64,000 nt of DNA from Octopus sinensis (GCF_006345805.1 NC_043009.1:3348001-3412000); one strand, 5' to 3'; positions 24,359 to 38,678 are shown, counted from the stretch's first letter. Numbers and translations: made by a program. Notes: generated by a model not told the origin, from the sequence alone.

Positions 24359-27300
24359 GGGTTGCGTTTGTGTATGTAAACTCATACGAGCACATTCGTG
24401 TACTTAATTACTGGCAATATTTAAAATTTAACTACCTACTTCTTCCCTGTATCCAGCATTTTGAAATATATTTTCCTGGAATGCATTCCTCATTTAACTT
24501 GTTACAAAATACATACGCTGACATAAATGTATGGCACGAGATATGTGATATTTCAACACATACCACTGGTTTGTCATCATGTAGATTCATGAATTTCACG
24601 AATTTCGTATTCAGATATTTTAGACGCACTCCACGTCAGGTGTTCGTGACAGGTTCCGTATTAATTACTAAAGCCTATCCATTCTTAAGCTAGAAGCAAC
24701 GTTAAACCTTTATTTCCATAGTATTTATATTCTGAAAGAGAACTGTAGTGTTTTCTTCCTTTGCATTGAAATATAACGGGAAGAAATTCGTCTGCTTCTC
24801 TCGTTCTGCTTATAGCAAAAGTATCGTTTCCACTCACAAGTGATTCACAATTAATCATGTTTTCCTTGAATAATGATATCTTCTCTTTTATTCTTTTTCG
24901 TATTTCTTAGATTCAGTCTAAATTTTGCCCACGTTTTAAACTCCGTCGTTCTCTGTTTATTCGTTCTGAAATTTCTATGAACTTATTTCTTAGTGGTAGT
25001 CATATTAAGGAGGATGCATTTATGGAGAAACTTGTGTACAAAAGAATAAACTTAACTTTTAAAATCGTCTAAATGTAATTCACAAAAACAAAGTCACGAA
25101 TGCAAATACACAACACACACACACATCGGATTTTCAAAAGTTTACGGTACTGGAGCATTGTAGCAAAACAATATCTTTTCTGGCCATTATTTAAAAAAAT
25201 TGTTTTCTTTTATAGGGACAGAATGGTTGGAACCTTGTCAGTTAACGTACATATTGATTTACCGTGGATAGTTACGCTGTGAGGTAACGGAATTTTCGAC
25301 CGGTTTGCTACTAAGGTCATGTGACAGCTGCACGAGAACATCAAATCAAAGCTTTTGACAATTCGATATGAAACATGACGGGACAATAGCTATGAAGAAC
25401 GAAAGTCGTGTTCCAAGATAGAGCTGTTTTAGCCTTTAACTTGTATCCACACAGCTACTATTGTATTTAGCCATGGCTTGGTGACATTTTTCTGTTATAT
25501 ATCCTACCTTGGGGAATAATTCAACCTTTCTACACAGTTATATTTCTATCGATTTACACTGCTGGCAAGGTAATTGAACAATCTGTAATTATAATAGAAT
25601 ACGAATCCAGAAGCTGGAATAGTGGATATATTTTGCAACCATTTAGTTTTCGAAGAGAACACCATATCACGTTGCCTTGTCCTCACCTGTATTATTTCAT
25701 TTCAGAAAACTAAGATCCTTTGAATGTTTACGAGAACATTTCCTTTACTGCACAGATTATTCAACAATTGAAACAACGGGATAATTGAAATCGAACCAAA
25801 ATTTTTTATCATCATATAATCTGTATGTAACTCTTAATAGAATCATCTCTTTTAGTTGCACTAAGAGAATTTCTAGAATGTCTCTTAGCAATGTATCTAC
25901 AACCTGGAACAATTTTGGAAATTACTCTGTTCGATACATAGAGTGCATAATTTTCAGTCTCTTAACACTTAACACTTATACTATTAGAAAATTTTGTATT
26001 TCCTTTTTCTTACATGATAACCAAGGGATAATGCACATCTGTAATCTTCTCACAAATGCTTACATCTTGTGGATATGTTTGAAGGACAATCGTCTACTAA
26101 AACAGTGTTCTCTTCAAATTTATAAGCCTCATGTTTGTAGTAAAACTATGAACAGCGTAAATAATATTTTCTTACGATGTTTCCTCTTTCAAACTGTAAA
26201 ACCACTACAGCAAAAACTTCTAGCAGTTATGCTGTAATATTGGAAATTTCGTCTGTGTAAATACACTATATAATACACCATAGGCTCAAATACACTACTG
26301 CTGCCTTCTTTGAATAAAATTTTGTAGGAGTTGATGTAAAATAGGTAAATAACACAGATTAGATATCGTTCGAGCATTTTGTTGCTTTGGAGTGCGTAAC
26401 TGGTACTTAATTTATTGACCCCGAAAGAATGAAAGCAAAGTCGACCACGGCGGAATTTGAACTTAGAACATAACGGCAGACAAAATACCGCTAGGCATTT
26501 CGCCCGGCGTACTAACGTTTCTGTTAGCTCACCGCAAACTTCTTACCACACAGACACATCTACAAACCTTCACCCTTTCATTAAAATATCATGCATTTTT
26601 GCAAATTGCTTTTGAATATGGTACTACCAGCGTAAAATACCTTTTTCGTGGAGTGGATGCTCTCTAGAATCAATGTAACTCGTTATTTAAGGACAATGAA
26701 AAGGAAAGAGATTTAATATGGTGGAAGAGTTATTGTAGCAATATGTACAATCAGGACACCGTGTATCAGATAATAAATAAAGCTTGCTCACTTTTGTATT
26801 CCATTTGGTAGAACCCCTGTAATTTTCCTATGCCAGTACAGCCTATCCTGTTCGTTTGCCACATACATTTTCACACATTTATCTATCATTTTTACCACTT
26901 TAAAATGGTGACAATCGATGAGTTTTATATTCTTGTAACGTTTTCTCAATGAAATGTTTCAGAACTGTGTTGAAGATGATGGTGGAGATATATCGTTGTG
27001 AACTTATTTCCGTGTGTCTGTACACATTTCTGATTTCATTAATTTGTTAACTGGTCTAGACATAAGTACAGCTTCCGAAGACTAAAAGCGAGAATGCACT
27101 TAGAGAGTGGAACTAAATACCATCAGATATTTTAATTTCGCTTTTCAAAATTCCTTTGCTGCACACCGATACATCCTTCCTATACGGCACAACGTCTGCA
27201 ACTAAGATGAATTTTCAACTATTTCCTGTAAGTACATATGAAGGTCATCTTGAAACTGAAAGGAAAATGAAGATGTTGCCGTTTTCATGTAAGAAACTAT

Positions 27301-27532
27301 CTTCTGAATTAGAGGGAGAAGAGATTCCATTAAATTATGTATTATATATACGTCAAAAATTTTTGAAATATTTTGAGAAACTGTCGGCCAATATAAATAA
27401 TTTAGTTGTATATACTTTCATCTTCTCATTTCTAGGAAGGGATTCAGACAAATTAATAAGGACAATCGATAGTACTTCTGTTTATAAAAAGAAAAGGGGT
27501 TCATATCTGTAACTTGTAATAAAACGCATATG

Positions 27533-27582
<50 letters not shown>

Positions 27583-27599
27583 CTCATATACACACGTCA

Positions 27600-27780
27600 T
27601 GATAGATCGTTAGCCACTACACCCATTTTTTCTCTCCTTGTTTCCTGTGTCCATTTCTGTAGAAGAGCGTAGGCTCGAAACGTAAAAGACATTTTCTATT
27701 CCTGATCGTTATACTAATACATCTGTTTGTTTTGTACACCACCTGTCTTCGTCTTTTGTTGTTTTTGTCGTAAACTCTCC
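27600..27780 (+). mobile_element. PLE-like terminal repeat with minimal hammerhead motif
   Basis: CTGTAGA-A-GAGC(gtag)GCTC-GAAACGTA at 27657-27684; a reverse copy of the module lies at ~32222-32380. Confidence 0.6.
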
Positions 27781-27789
27781 CTATATATT

Positions 27790-27843
<54 letters not shown>

Positions 27844-28065
27844 CAATTGCAGTGGGGAAGGTGTTTGTAAGCCATTTAAGAAACACACAAAAGCCGATCG
27901 ATTCACTCCAACATTTAAGTTTAATTTGTCAAAATATTTTCGTCGCTAAAATCCGCGACCTATTCACGAAAATATTTTGACAAATTAAACTTAAATGTTG
28001 GAGTGAATCGAACGGCTTTTGTGTGTTTCTTAAATGGCTTACAAACACATTCCACGCTGCAATTG
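27844..28065. repeat. Inverted repeat, ~100-bp arms with a 22-bp spacer
   Basis: Arms 27844-27943 and 27966-28065 are near-perfect reverse complements. Confidence 0.93.
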
Positions 28066-28119
28066 TTTTCGTTTCAGCACACGATCTCAGATCAAATCAC
28101 TTGCTATGCGAGTACATCT

Positions 28120-28192
<73 letters not shown>

Positions 28193-28319
28193 TAGCCATA
28201 CCTTTATGCCCACGGTTTATATATACAGGTAGAATAGTGAGCTGTCATGTAGACGTATGTATATGTCCGTGAGTGTGTATATATGTGTATGTATATATAG
28301 ATATGTATATACGTATATA

Positions 28320-28395
<76 letters not shown>

Positions 28396-28862
28396 TGTAT
28401 ATGCATACATATGTAGGTAAATTGATAGGAATGTAAACAGATTGACTTATAGACAAATGGATAGGTAAAATGAACAGACAATCGCACATATACACATACA
28501 TACGTAAATGGAAGCTGAAACACATGACCATAACCACACACGTATATTTCACACAAGGACACATATGGAGACACACATCCATACATGCATTCATATATAC
28601 ATATGTGTATGCGCAGGTGGATTGAACCACACACATGCGCACAAACAAACAAAAAGAGCACTGCTCAGAGAGCGCAGAGAATCAACGACTATGGAAAAGG
28701 TTACAAAACGCAACGAAAGGTTCAGAAAAAATAAAGTCGTAAATGAGTGGAAACTGAAGACTCTTCACAGACACAAAGATATACATATATACATTTACAG
28801 ATAAATTCCTCTCTTACATTATATCGAGGTCTCTTTCTTTTGTTGTCTTAGCGTTTTTATCA

Positions 28863-28894
<32 letters not shown>

Positions 28895-28907
28895 TATAGA
28901 TAGATCG

Positions 28908-28948
<41 letters not shown>

Positions 28949-28975
28949 ATATATATTCATATATATATATAATAT

Positions 28976-29006
<31 letters not shown>

Positions 29007-29009
29007 ATA

Positions 29010-29062
<53 letters not shown>

Positions 29063-29296
29063 ACGTGTCTGCACTGATGGATAAAAAGTAGTCAACTTAT
29101 GCAACATTTGAAAACACAACATTAAGCCGAAAGAAATCCACCAATACACCTAGTCCGGCGGGATTAATCGATAGATAAATTGCCAGTTATATGCATATTT
29201 GTACATATACGCATGCATATGTATAAGCATATACCTGTATATACATATGCATATACGTTGGATACATACATCCATATATATATATATAATTCAAAA

Positions 29297-29503
29297 TGTG
29301 ACCTCGTGTGTACCATTGGCGTTCTTTTCCCCCTTTCTTCCCTTCTCTGGATGTTTCCTTCTCCTATTTTCCGACGAAGAGCTCCGCTCGAAACGTAAAA
29401 CCCTCCTTCTTCCCTTCCTTCCTGAGCGTCCAATAATACTATATTTGTTCCACGTTCTCGCGTTGTTGTGTTTTCTCTTTGTGTTTTCATGTTTGGATTA
29501 ACT
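29297..29503 (+). mobile_element. Solo ~200-bp PLE-like terminus with hammerhead-like motif
   Basis: CCGACGA-A-GAGC(tcc)GCTC-GAAACGTA at 29371-29397; paralog at 42488-42695; flanked by (TA)n. Confidence 0.6.
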
Positions 29504-30794
29504 ATATATATATAATTATGGAGTATACAAGACAAGGTGTATACACGAGTATAAGTTATTACTCATGTATGATTATATATACATGTGTGTGCATGTGTGA
29601 GTAGATGTATGTGTGTGTGTGTATGTAGTTGTGTATGTGTGTGTGTGTCTGTGCATGGCTGCATATAAATGAAGATAATTACTTTGCCCATAGGCTTCAA
29701 GTCTCCGATCGAAATGAAAGACAACATTCTATTTTCGTAATGATTATGGCTTCATCAACTGCACATGTAGCACAATTGCAAGGAATTCTAAATGGAGATT
29801 ACTTTATTAATCGATATGGTAAGCGAAACGTATTAGCATCAGCGATTGCATACTGATATGACAAAGTTTGCTATACTAAGCAATACTTTAATTCGCTATA
29901 GAGATTATATATCATACTTTAATTTATAAAACATTTATTTTGATGAAGGGCAAAACGCGGGTTAACCCACCGGAGGAAGATTGTTGGTGGATTTCTTTCG
30001 GCTTTATGTAGTGTTTTCAAATGCCGCGTAAGTCGAATTTACTTTTTATCCTTCAGTGCAGACACATGTACGATTCAAATATAGGTGTCGAATAATCGAC
30101 TTTTCTCCTACCTACCAATCTGTTCGTCTTCAGTCAAACATTACGAAGTATATTAAGAGGAACTGCAATGAAGATTAAAGGTGATGGGATGGCATAAATT
30201 ATTGTTGGCAAGTAGGACAATATGCTTAGCGACGTACCTTCCAGCTCTTTATGTTCCGGCCGAGGTGAATTTCCTCTTTCATCTCTTTAAGCACGATAAA
30301 ATAAAACACTAGTCAACTCCTGGAGTCGATGTAATCGATTAGTCCGTTCTTCTTAAATTTTTTTGGTTAAACAGGTAAGCGTATTTTTCAGGTGAAATGT
30401 TGAAATCTCGGTAATATATGCATCATGGAAACCGAGTAACCGGCGTAATGAGTCATACTGTTCATATTCTTTGTAATATAGATTTACAAGCAATCATTCT
30501 GCTGCCCTTATTAACTGAACATATGCTATTTTTTTATTTACGGTTTTCTTCGATTTTTATAATAATATCATTTTAAACTGCAATTTGTTATTTCATGCAA
30601 CCGGCTTTTGAAAAGACCGTTTGTTGAAAGGACAGATGAAACAAAACCATTTTCAAATGTGTATCTATCAAAGTTATTAACATTCTGCATATAATTTTAT
30701 CTTGCTCTATTCTAAACAAAACTGTCCGACGGACGGGAATGTGAAATTCTTTGTGTAACAGGTTTTGTGATATTTTTGCTGCTTTTTAATAAAG

Positions 30795-30829
<35 letters not shown>

Positions 30830-31022
30830 ATGTGTGTGTGTGCGTGTGTGTGTGTGTGTGTCGAGAACCTCTCGAAATACGAAGTAGAGAAATACCTGAC
30901 AACTGATGAAGGGCTATTTTGCTTGCTTTGTATTTCATGTTGTTTACGTTCTGTGGTGTCCTGTACCCATATATGCATGTGTATATGCATGTATATATAT
31001 ATATATATATATTGAGACGTGA

Positions 31023-31590
31023 GCACTCATTTCTAAATAGGTTGATGTTCACTGCATACTTGAGGCTTCGTGCTAATTTTATAAATTCTATCTTATAAGG
31101 ATATTAAACCCGTGAACCGCCTATGTTACTGCTGTTAATACTATCAATTGAAAATATTTGCCTTAGATGGTATTAACAATAGTAACATCTTATTTCGAAT
31201 GTATACATTGGAGCGTTTTTGCTCATAAATACTTTTCACGATGCATTGCTGGTATTTCCATCATCCCAGAGCGCTGATGGATTTGGAATTTTTTACCCGG
31301 TAACTTATATGGAGGAAGGTTAAGGCCCTCGGTCTAACATTCGAAACCATGGTACACGAGTATCTGAACGGTATAATCTTTATGGGTATGCAATTTAATT
31401 TTTTGCCCGTTTCCGTGCATACTATTATTTTCTGTTATTTTGGTGCCTTCCGGCGGTTGAATCGGGGCTTTGGCACTTATTTCTAAATAGGTTCACGTTC
31501 ACTGCATCCTTAAGGGTTCGCGCTAATTTTATATTTTATAGCATATAATGCTATTAAAACTTTGAACTGCATATGTTACTGCTGTTAATA
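31023..31590. repeat. Diverged 118-bp direct repeats, 450 bp apart
   Basis: 31023-31140 and 31473-31590 share TTCTAAATAGGTT...GCTAATTTTATA...TATGTTACTGCTGTTAATA. Confidence 0.85.
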
Positions 31591-31619
31591 TATTTCTTGC
31601 AAACAACTTGCACATGCAA

Positions 31620-32190
31620 GTGCTAACAGTCGAGAACTCCGCATACAGGAAGCCAGCAAGTGTATGGGGTCATCAGGAGAGAATGTGCGCCTTTTCGGGG
31701 CCTGCCTCTCGACGGATTCAATGCACACCGGCCCCCTCACTGATATGAGTCCCGCTTGCTATATCAACTGGTTATTAAATATAGCTCAATATTTCACTAG
31801 CCATCGCTCATCATTTCTTTTTAACCAAATCCAGTGGATAACTTTCTCCACTGTAGTTTGGATATCGGTCATGGTGGGATTTACTTTACGATGAGTTAGG
31901 CCTAACAATAACAACAGTCGTGTCACACTGTGTCCAAAAAACCCTCTACATCCAACTGCGATTGGAAAATGCTCTGCTTTCCAGCTTGCGTCTTCTCATT
32001 CCTCGAGGAGGTTTACATAACGGTCAATCTTTCGAGCCCGAGCGGCGTCCATGTAATCTTCCTGAGGAACCGTTAACTCGACTAGATTTACAACTTTCTT
32101 TCCTTCACACCACATTAAAATGTCGGCTTTTTTCGTAACTGGGATGGGAAAGATCCCCTGTCACCCTGGTAAATCTGCAGTCACCTTCCA
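31620..32190 (-). mobile_element. HERO/NeSL-like non-LTR retrotransposon 3' fragment (restriction-like endonuclease)
   Basis: Minus-strand frame 32190-31786: WKVTADL...KADILMWCEGKKVVNLVELTVPQE...RKIDRY...WKAEHFPIAVGCRGF...WIWLKRNDERW*, with two internal stops; 3' UTR follows. Confidence 0.75.
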
Positions 32191-32221
32191 ATAGCCGTTC
32201 CAGATGTATTAGTATAACGCT

Positions 32222-32380
32222 AAGGAATAGTAAAAGTCTTTTACGTTTCGAGCCTACGCTCTTCTACAAAAAGGGACACAGAAAAAACAAGGACAGAAAC
32301 AAGGAGAGAAAAAAAGAGAGAAAAAAAGGAGAGAAAAAAGGAGAGAAAAGAATGTGTGTAGTGGCTAACAATCTATCATC
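32222..32380 (-). mobile_element. PLE-like terminus (same family as 27600-27780)
   Basis: Reverse complement of TTGTAGAAGAGCGTAGGCTCGAAACGTAAAAGAC plus shared flanks. Confidence 0.6.
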
Positions 32381-33600
32381 GTCCTAGTCATTTCTTCCTA
32401 TCCTATTCAAATGATTGTGTCGTATCGATAGATCTTCTAAATAACAATCGTTGCGATCCGTTACTCCTCCTCACTCCACTCTTTGTGGTGAGCCACATTG
32501 CGTAGCATATGTAACCATTCTCCTTCTTATTAATTATCTAAAGTCCTTTATTGCAATGAGTAATCATTTCTCTCTTTATTGTTCAATATCAAGTATGAAT
32601 GCCCCCATATACAAACACGTGTGTGTGTGTTGATGTGTATGTGTGTGTTTGTGTGTATGTATGTAATTATAAATGTAATGTGTGTGTATGTATGTATTTA
32701 TCTCTGTATTTATGCGTGTCTGTTTATATGTCTGTTTGAATGCATATGTGTATGTATGTATGTATGTATGTATGTATGTATAGAAGAGTGAGAGAAAATG
32801 TGCAATAAGGAATATATCGAGCTGTGGGAAATGAAAGCGGGGGCGTTAAAAAATATTTCAGTCAAGTTTCAGATGCAGATGACTAAAGCAAAAATCAAAA
32901 CAAAGAGTAAGCAATAGATAAGCATATTATTGGAGTGAGTGTAGAACATGGAAGCTGGAGTAGGATAAAGTTGAAGGAAAGGATGATCACGGAATTAAAA
33001 TAGATATAGGCGGGAAAAGATAATAATTACATGGTGAATTTCTCACATAAAAAATTGAAAAGCCCATATATAGATAAACAAACAACGAACTTCATCTGTC
33101 GTTTTCTAAAATGGAAAACGAAAACACAAATAAATATATAAACAGAATCAATCAAATATACGAAGATGGAAACACGATCTCAGATGAAATAAATAACTAA
33201 AATAAAATATGTTGATAACAATAAAAATAATATAAAGCGTGATATTAATAACAGCATTAACAGTAACAACAAACCGAATGATATTAGAAACACTACTGCC
33301 ATTTCATACACACACTCACACACACATATACACACACATACTAAATTACATATATACACGAAAGTGCACTTATACTTATTTTCATTTTATGTATGTATAC
33401 ACCTACGTGAGTGTTTGCACATATATATTTATCTAGAGATTTATATATTTACTGCATATATATATGTATATATATATACATATATGCATATATATATACA
33501 TATATATATATATGGATTACATATATATATATATATATGTATATATAAATTTGAATAATCCGTAACAAGATAATTCATTTATCCATTCAATAAATATATG

Positions 33601-33633
<33 letters not shown>

Positions 33634-33655
33634 GTACATTATATATAGATAGCAT

Positions 33656-33694
<39 letters not shown>

Positions 33695-33697
33695 ATA

Positions 33698-33755
<58 letters not shown>

Positions 33756-33771
33756 TATAATGTATATATAT

Positions 33772-33814
<43 letters not shown>

Positions 33815-34334
33815 GTATGTATGCATACATATACATATATATATATAATTCTAATTATATCCATATGTACATGTACATATATGTATTCATTTATTATCTT
33901 ACTAGTTTCAGTCCTTTGGCTGCTGCCATGCTGGAGTAACATCTTTAGTCGAACAAATCGACCCCAGGACTTATTCCATCTAAGGCTAGTACTTATTCTT
34001 TTTTTTATTTTTAACACTAACATCGTTTGTCAAGCGATGGTGGGTGAAGAGCAGAAAAATCTACACACATACGTACATATTATCTATACATCTATTCTAC
34101 TGTCTTTACGTTCTGAGTTCAAATTTCGCCGAGCTCGGCTTTGCCTTTCATCTTTTCGGAGTCGAAAAATTAAGTACCAGTTACATACTGGGATCGAACT
34201 AATCGACTGGCTCCATGCACTAAAATTTCGACATTGTGCCTAGAGTAGAAAAGAATATCCGTTTATTATATACTCTTCTTACTCTTTTACTTGTTTCAGT
34301 CATTTGACTGTGGGCATGCTGGAGCACCATCTTT

Positions 34335-34340
34335 AAAAAA
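34335..34340 (-). terminator. Pol III terminator (T6) of the tRNA-Leu gene
   Basis: TTTTTT 5 nt downstream of the tRNA 3' end on the minus strand. Confidence 0.6.
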
Positions 34341-34345
34341 TTATC

Positions 34346-34459
34346 TGTCAGAAGTGGGATTCGAGCCACGCCCACATTCGTGGACCAGAATACTCGACGT
34401 TCTGGTTAAGATAACATGTACCTTGAGTCTGGCGCCTTAGACCGCTCGGCCATCCTGAC
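34346..34459 (-). tRNA. tRNA-Leu(CAA) with 31-nt intron; T-arm mutated (possible pseudogene)
   Basis: GTCAGGATGGCCGAGCGGTCTAAGGCGCCAGACTCAAG [intron] TTCTGGTCCACGAATGTGGGCGTGGCTCGAATCCCACTTCTGACA matches the eukaryotic Leu-CAA pattern; the B box reads GGCTCGAATCC. Confidence 0.9.
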
Positions 34460-34851
34460 ACCTATAATATAAATCTATAATATATATCTAGAATGTATAT
34501 CCCGATCTGTATGTTTGTGTGTGTAAAAGATTATAACGGCCGTATTTTTCATCTGATTTTCTCCAAACTGGGAACATATATTACCTATGTTCCACAGGGA
34601 GGGTTTTAGACTCTTAAAACTTTTCCCATAATGAGTTGTGTCTTGCAAGCTTATCAACGACTATTGAAATGGTCCCAAGACGCAACGAAAATTTTAGGAA
34701 AAATAAATAAATAAGTAAATGAGTGGAAACATTTATTGTGGGTGTGTTAGACAATCAGGTACTAAAAGAGAATGACTCTCCCCAGAAACTACGAAATATA
34801 TACATATATATACATATATATACACACACGCACGCGCACAAACATACACGA

Positions 34852-34907
<56 letters not shown>

Positions 34908-34926
34908 TATATTATATATATATATA

Positions 34927-34958
<32 letters not shown>

Positions 34959-34989
34959 GTATACACGCACACACATATATGTATATATG

Positions 34990-36790
34990 CGTGACCTCAT
35001 CTCCCGTGAACAACTGGTCCTCCCAATCCTTTGTCCAATCCTTCCATCCTGCCCTCAAATTCCCCTGTAGTATATCTAACTCTTCTGTCAAATTACGCGA
35101 AATTTCTCTCAGCAAATACCTCTCCACTCTCACAACCTCCATCCATTACACACACACTGACTCACACTCCTACTTTAACTTCTCCTGCACCCACCCTGCC
35201 CACAACAATCTCTCCATCCCATACTCCCAATTCTGCGTCCACGCAGGCTCTGCAGTGACGACCATGACTTTCAGACTCAGTCTCAACTCATGGCTCTCCA
35301 CCTCATCGTACTTGAATCTCCCCTCGCCATTTCCCACACTGCCCTTACCCGGGCACAAGCTGTGGACCGTGCTTCTTCTCTTTCAGCTTCCAACCGCCTC
35401 ATCCATACCCGTCTCTCTTTTTCCTTCACCTGCCACCCCTCCACCCTTCCCGTTCAACGCACCAATCGCCCATTTTTCTGATGACGCCAGTCCAAACCCT
35501 TCACCTCGCATTTCGTCCCTAATCTGCCCCTTCCTTCCTAAAAACGAGCACATAACCTAGGTGACCTTCTGCTCCACAGTTTCTTCACAACCCTTACCAC
35601 CAGCCTGGCTCCTTCCCCTCGTCTCCTCGACGTTGCTGCACCTGCCATTAAATTTCTAGAACCAGCATCTTCACTGGCACCAATGAGCGTCCCTATCACG
35701 TCACCGAGTTCTTTACCTGCATCTCTAGTAAAGTTATTTACTGCATCTCCTGCTCTCTACGTTCTTCCCTGTACATTGGCCAAACGGGACGCCGCTTGGC
35801 TGACCGGGTCACGGAGCACCTCTGAGACATCAGACTCGGCAATGCCACCCCAGTCTCGTGTCCCTTCCGATTTACCAATCATTCGCTACAACACCTGTTT
35901 GTGTTCGAACTGTCTTTGCACAAGGAGCACCTGGACACCCGCCTTCGCCGTGAACAGGAATGAAGTTCCTCTCTTCGTTCCTTTGTGCCACATTTATTCA
36001 ACTCACTTCCTTTCATCCTCTGGCAGCAAACCCACACTGCCTACCTCGATACTCTCACTACACACACACACACGCACGACTATACAACCACCCATACACC
36101 CTGTTCAACTAATTACATCGCACCATTATAAACACACCCACACCTTCCCACTCCACACACACTAGCACTAAACACTTGTAAGAACCCGCATCACACACCA
36201 TCATGCACATTCCGACACCTACAAAAACACATGACACCTAAACTCAGACATTAAGCACATATACACACGCAACACGCATAAGCACACACACATGCATATA
36301 CTAAGATAACTTTCGTTTACAAACATACATATACACGTGCACACTATTTGGTCACACACACACACACACGTGTATACACTACTTGAACAAACACACATCA
36401 GCTGCTATACACAGCAGCCACATACACACATGCACACACGTTAAACTCACTCGCCCCTATTTATACATACACACAGACACACACCATTCTCACATACACA
36501 CAAATGCTTCCGCACCTTTATTCGTTGGGGGTCAACGTTACTGTTTTCATTATCATCTCCCTTTCATTCAACCTCTCTTCTTCCCAGTCATTTCGCAATG
36601 TCGGACCGTTGAACTTTGCACATTTTTTCTCTCTCCGTTTTTTTCATTCTCTCTCCATTTTTGTCAGCTTAATCCTCTCTAACGAAGAGCTTTGGCTCGA
36701 ATCGTAAAAAAACTTTTCCATTTTTCCCTGAGCGTTAAAATAATGCACTAGGTTGTTATTCCTACACCTATCTTTGTCTTTTGTTTTCTG
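34990..36790 (+). mobile_element. 5'-truncated Penelope-like element (RT thumb + GIY-YIG endonuclease + terminal repeat)
   Basis: FHPALKF...TSIHYTHTDSHSYFNFSCTHP...SIPYSQF, then VIYCISC...LYIGQTGRRLADRVTEH to ~36015; degenerate hammerhead CTAACGA...GAATCGTA at 36679-36706. Confidence 0.85.
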
Positions 36791-37031
36791 TAAATTTGAC
36801 GTATACATACATATATACACACACACACACACATCACATGAATACACAAATGTAAATTTGTATGTGCTTATTGTTTCCCAATTTCTCAATATATATTGGG
36901 AACATTCTTTGCCTGATTTTGTCTTCCTACCCGACCAGTTATTAATGCTTAACAATTTGATGTCTGTCTTGTGTTATGTCATCCATTAACGTAAAAATTA
37001 ATGATTGTATTAACAATGCTAAATGTAATAC

Positions 37032-37152
<121 letters not shown>

Positions 37153-37182
37153 TATATAAATATATATATGTATATATATGTA

Positions 37183-37227
<45 letters not shown>

Positions 37228-37939
37228 GCACACAAATCAAATAGGAATTCAGATCGATAAATGTGATTAAAGAAGTAATAAGAGCGAGGCAGAAGCATAG
37301 CTGCAATATAACTGCAATCTTTGGATTGAAATAGTTATAACGTAGCGGAATACACAGCTTAGCTAATGGGTATTATATGAAAGTTTTGACTGAATCCTGG
37401 TCAGCAATATTGTATTAATTACATGTGGAAAATTATACTGCACTAGAAGTCAGATAACTTTGAGATATCGCAATTGTTCGGGTGCTTACTATTTCGTACG
37501 AAATCATTATGCATTAATTAAAAAGAAAATAAGAGTTTTGTTCACAGGTTTGTTACGTAAGTAACACATAGTCAGTCGACATTTAAGAACATCTCTTGTA
37601 TATTAGATGTGTTTCATATTATGTGTTATAATATGTTATGTAATAACAAGGAAGGTGAAATTGGAAAATTAATCATGACACATAAAACACTCAACGATAC
37701 AAGAAAATTGGGGATGGAGCAGACTTAAAAGAGGAAGTAGTTTTAGAATAGATGCATTTGTAGGTTAATAGGAATAAAAAAATTAAAGACACAGGAAAAA
37801 ATAACCTGCGAAAAGTTCAAAAAGCGTTTGTAACAACACACGCACGTTAAAACACAAAGTGATACACACACAGAATCACACATGCGTGTACATATATAGA
37901 AAGGGTGCCTATATATATATATATATATACATATGTATG

Positions 37940-37975
<36 letters not shown>

Positions 37976-38037
37976 AGTGTGCATATATATATATGTGTGT
38001 GTGTGCGTATATATATACATATATAAGTATACATACT

Positions 38038-38078
<41 letters not shown>

Positions 38079-38394
38079 TGGGAGTGGGGTTGAATAGAAC
38101 TATTTGTATGCAGAAATGTATTTTCGTATTGGAACATACGTATGTGTATATTCTAACGAGCACATTAATTTAATAAAATAAAGTGAAATATAATTAGAAA
38201 CACCTTTATTAATCAGTAGCGACATAGTTGCTTATTTATAAAACACTGTATTTCCTCACATGGAATAGAAACGTTGCGTAAATGTAACTGACAAATATAA
38301 GGTGATAGTATCTTTTTCATGTTGGAGAAGAGGGGCCGACAGCAAAAGTAGAAGCCAAGATCCACAGCAAAGAATTAGTTGTTGTTGGTTTTGA

Positions 38395-38678
38395 TGTAGT
38401 AGTAGTAGTAGTAGGTAGTAGGTAGTAGAAGTAGTAGTAGTAGTGGCGGTGGTGGTGGTAGTAGTAGTAGTAGTAGTGGCAGTGGTGGTGGTGGTGGTGT
38501 GGTAGTAGTAGTAGTAGTAGTAGTAGTAGAAGCAATAATAGTAGTTATAATAGTAGCAGTAGTAGCACCAGATGTAACACTACTAACTGTAGTAGAGGCA
38601 GCAAAAGCAACAACAGCGGCAGCAGTTTAGTAGTAGTAGCAGTAGTAGTAGTAGTAGCAGTAGTAGTAGTATTAGTAT

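Noticed and set aside
25290-26380. ORF 25785-26237 and faint RT-like words on the minus strand (FNYLAS, RLYDD)
   Set aside because: No coherent domain order could be reconstructed; too degenerate to call.
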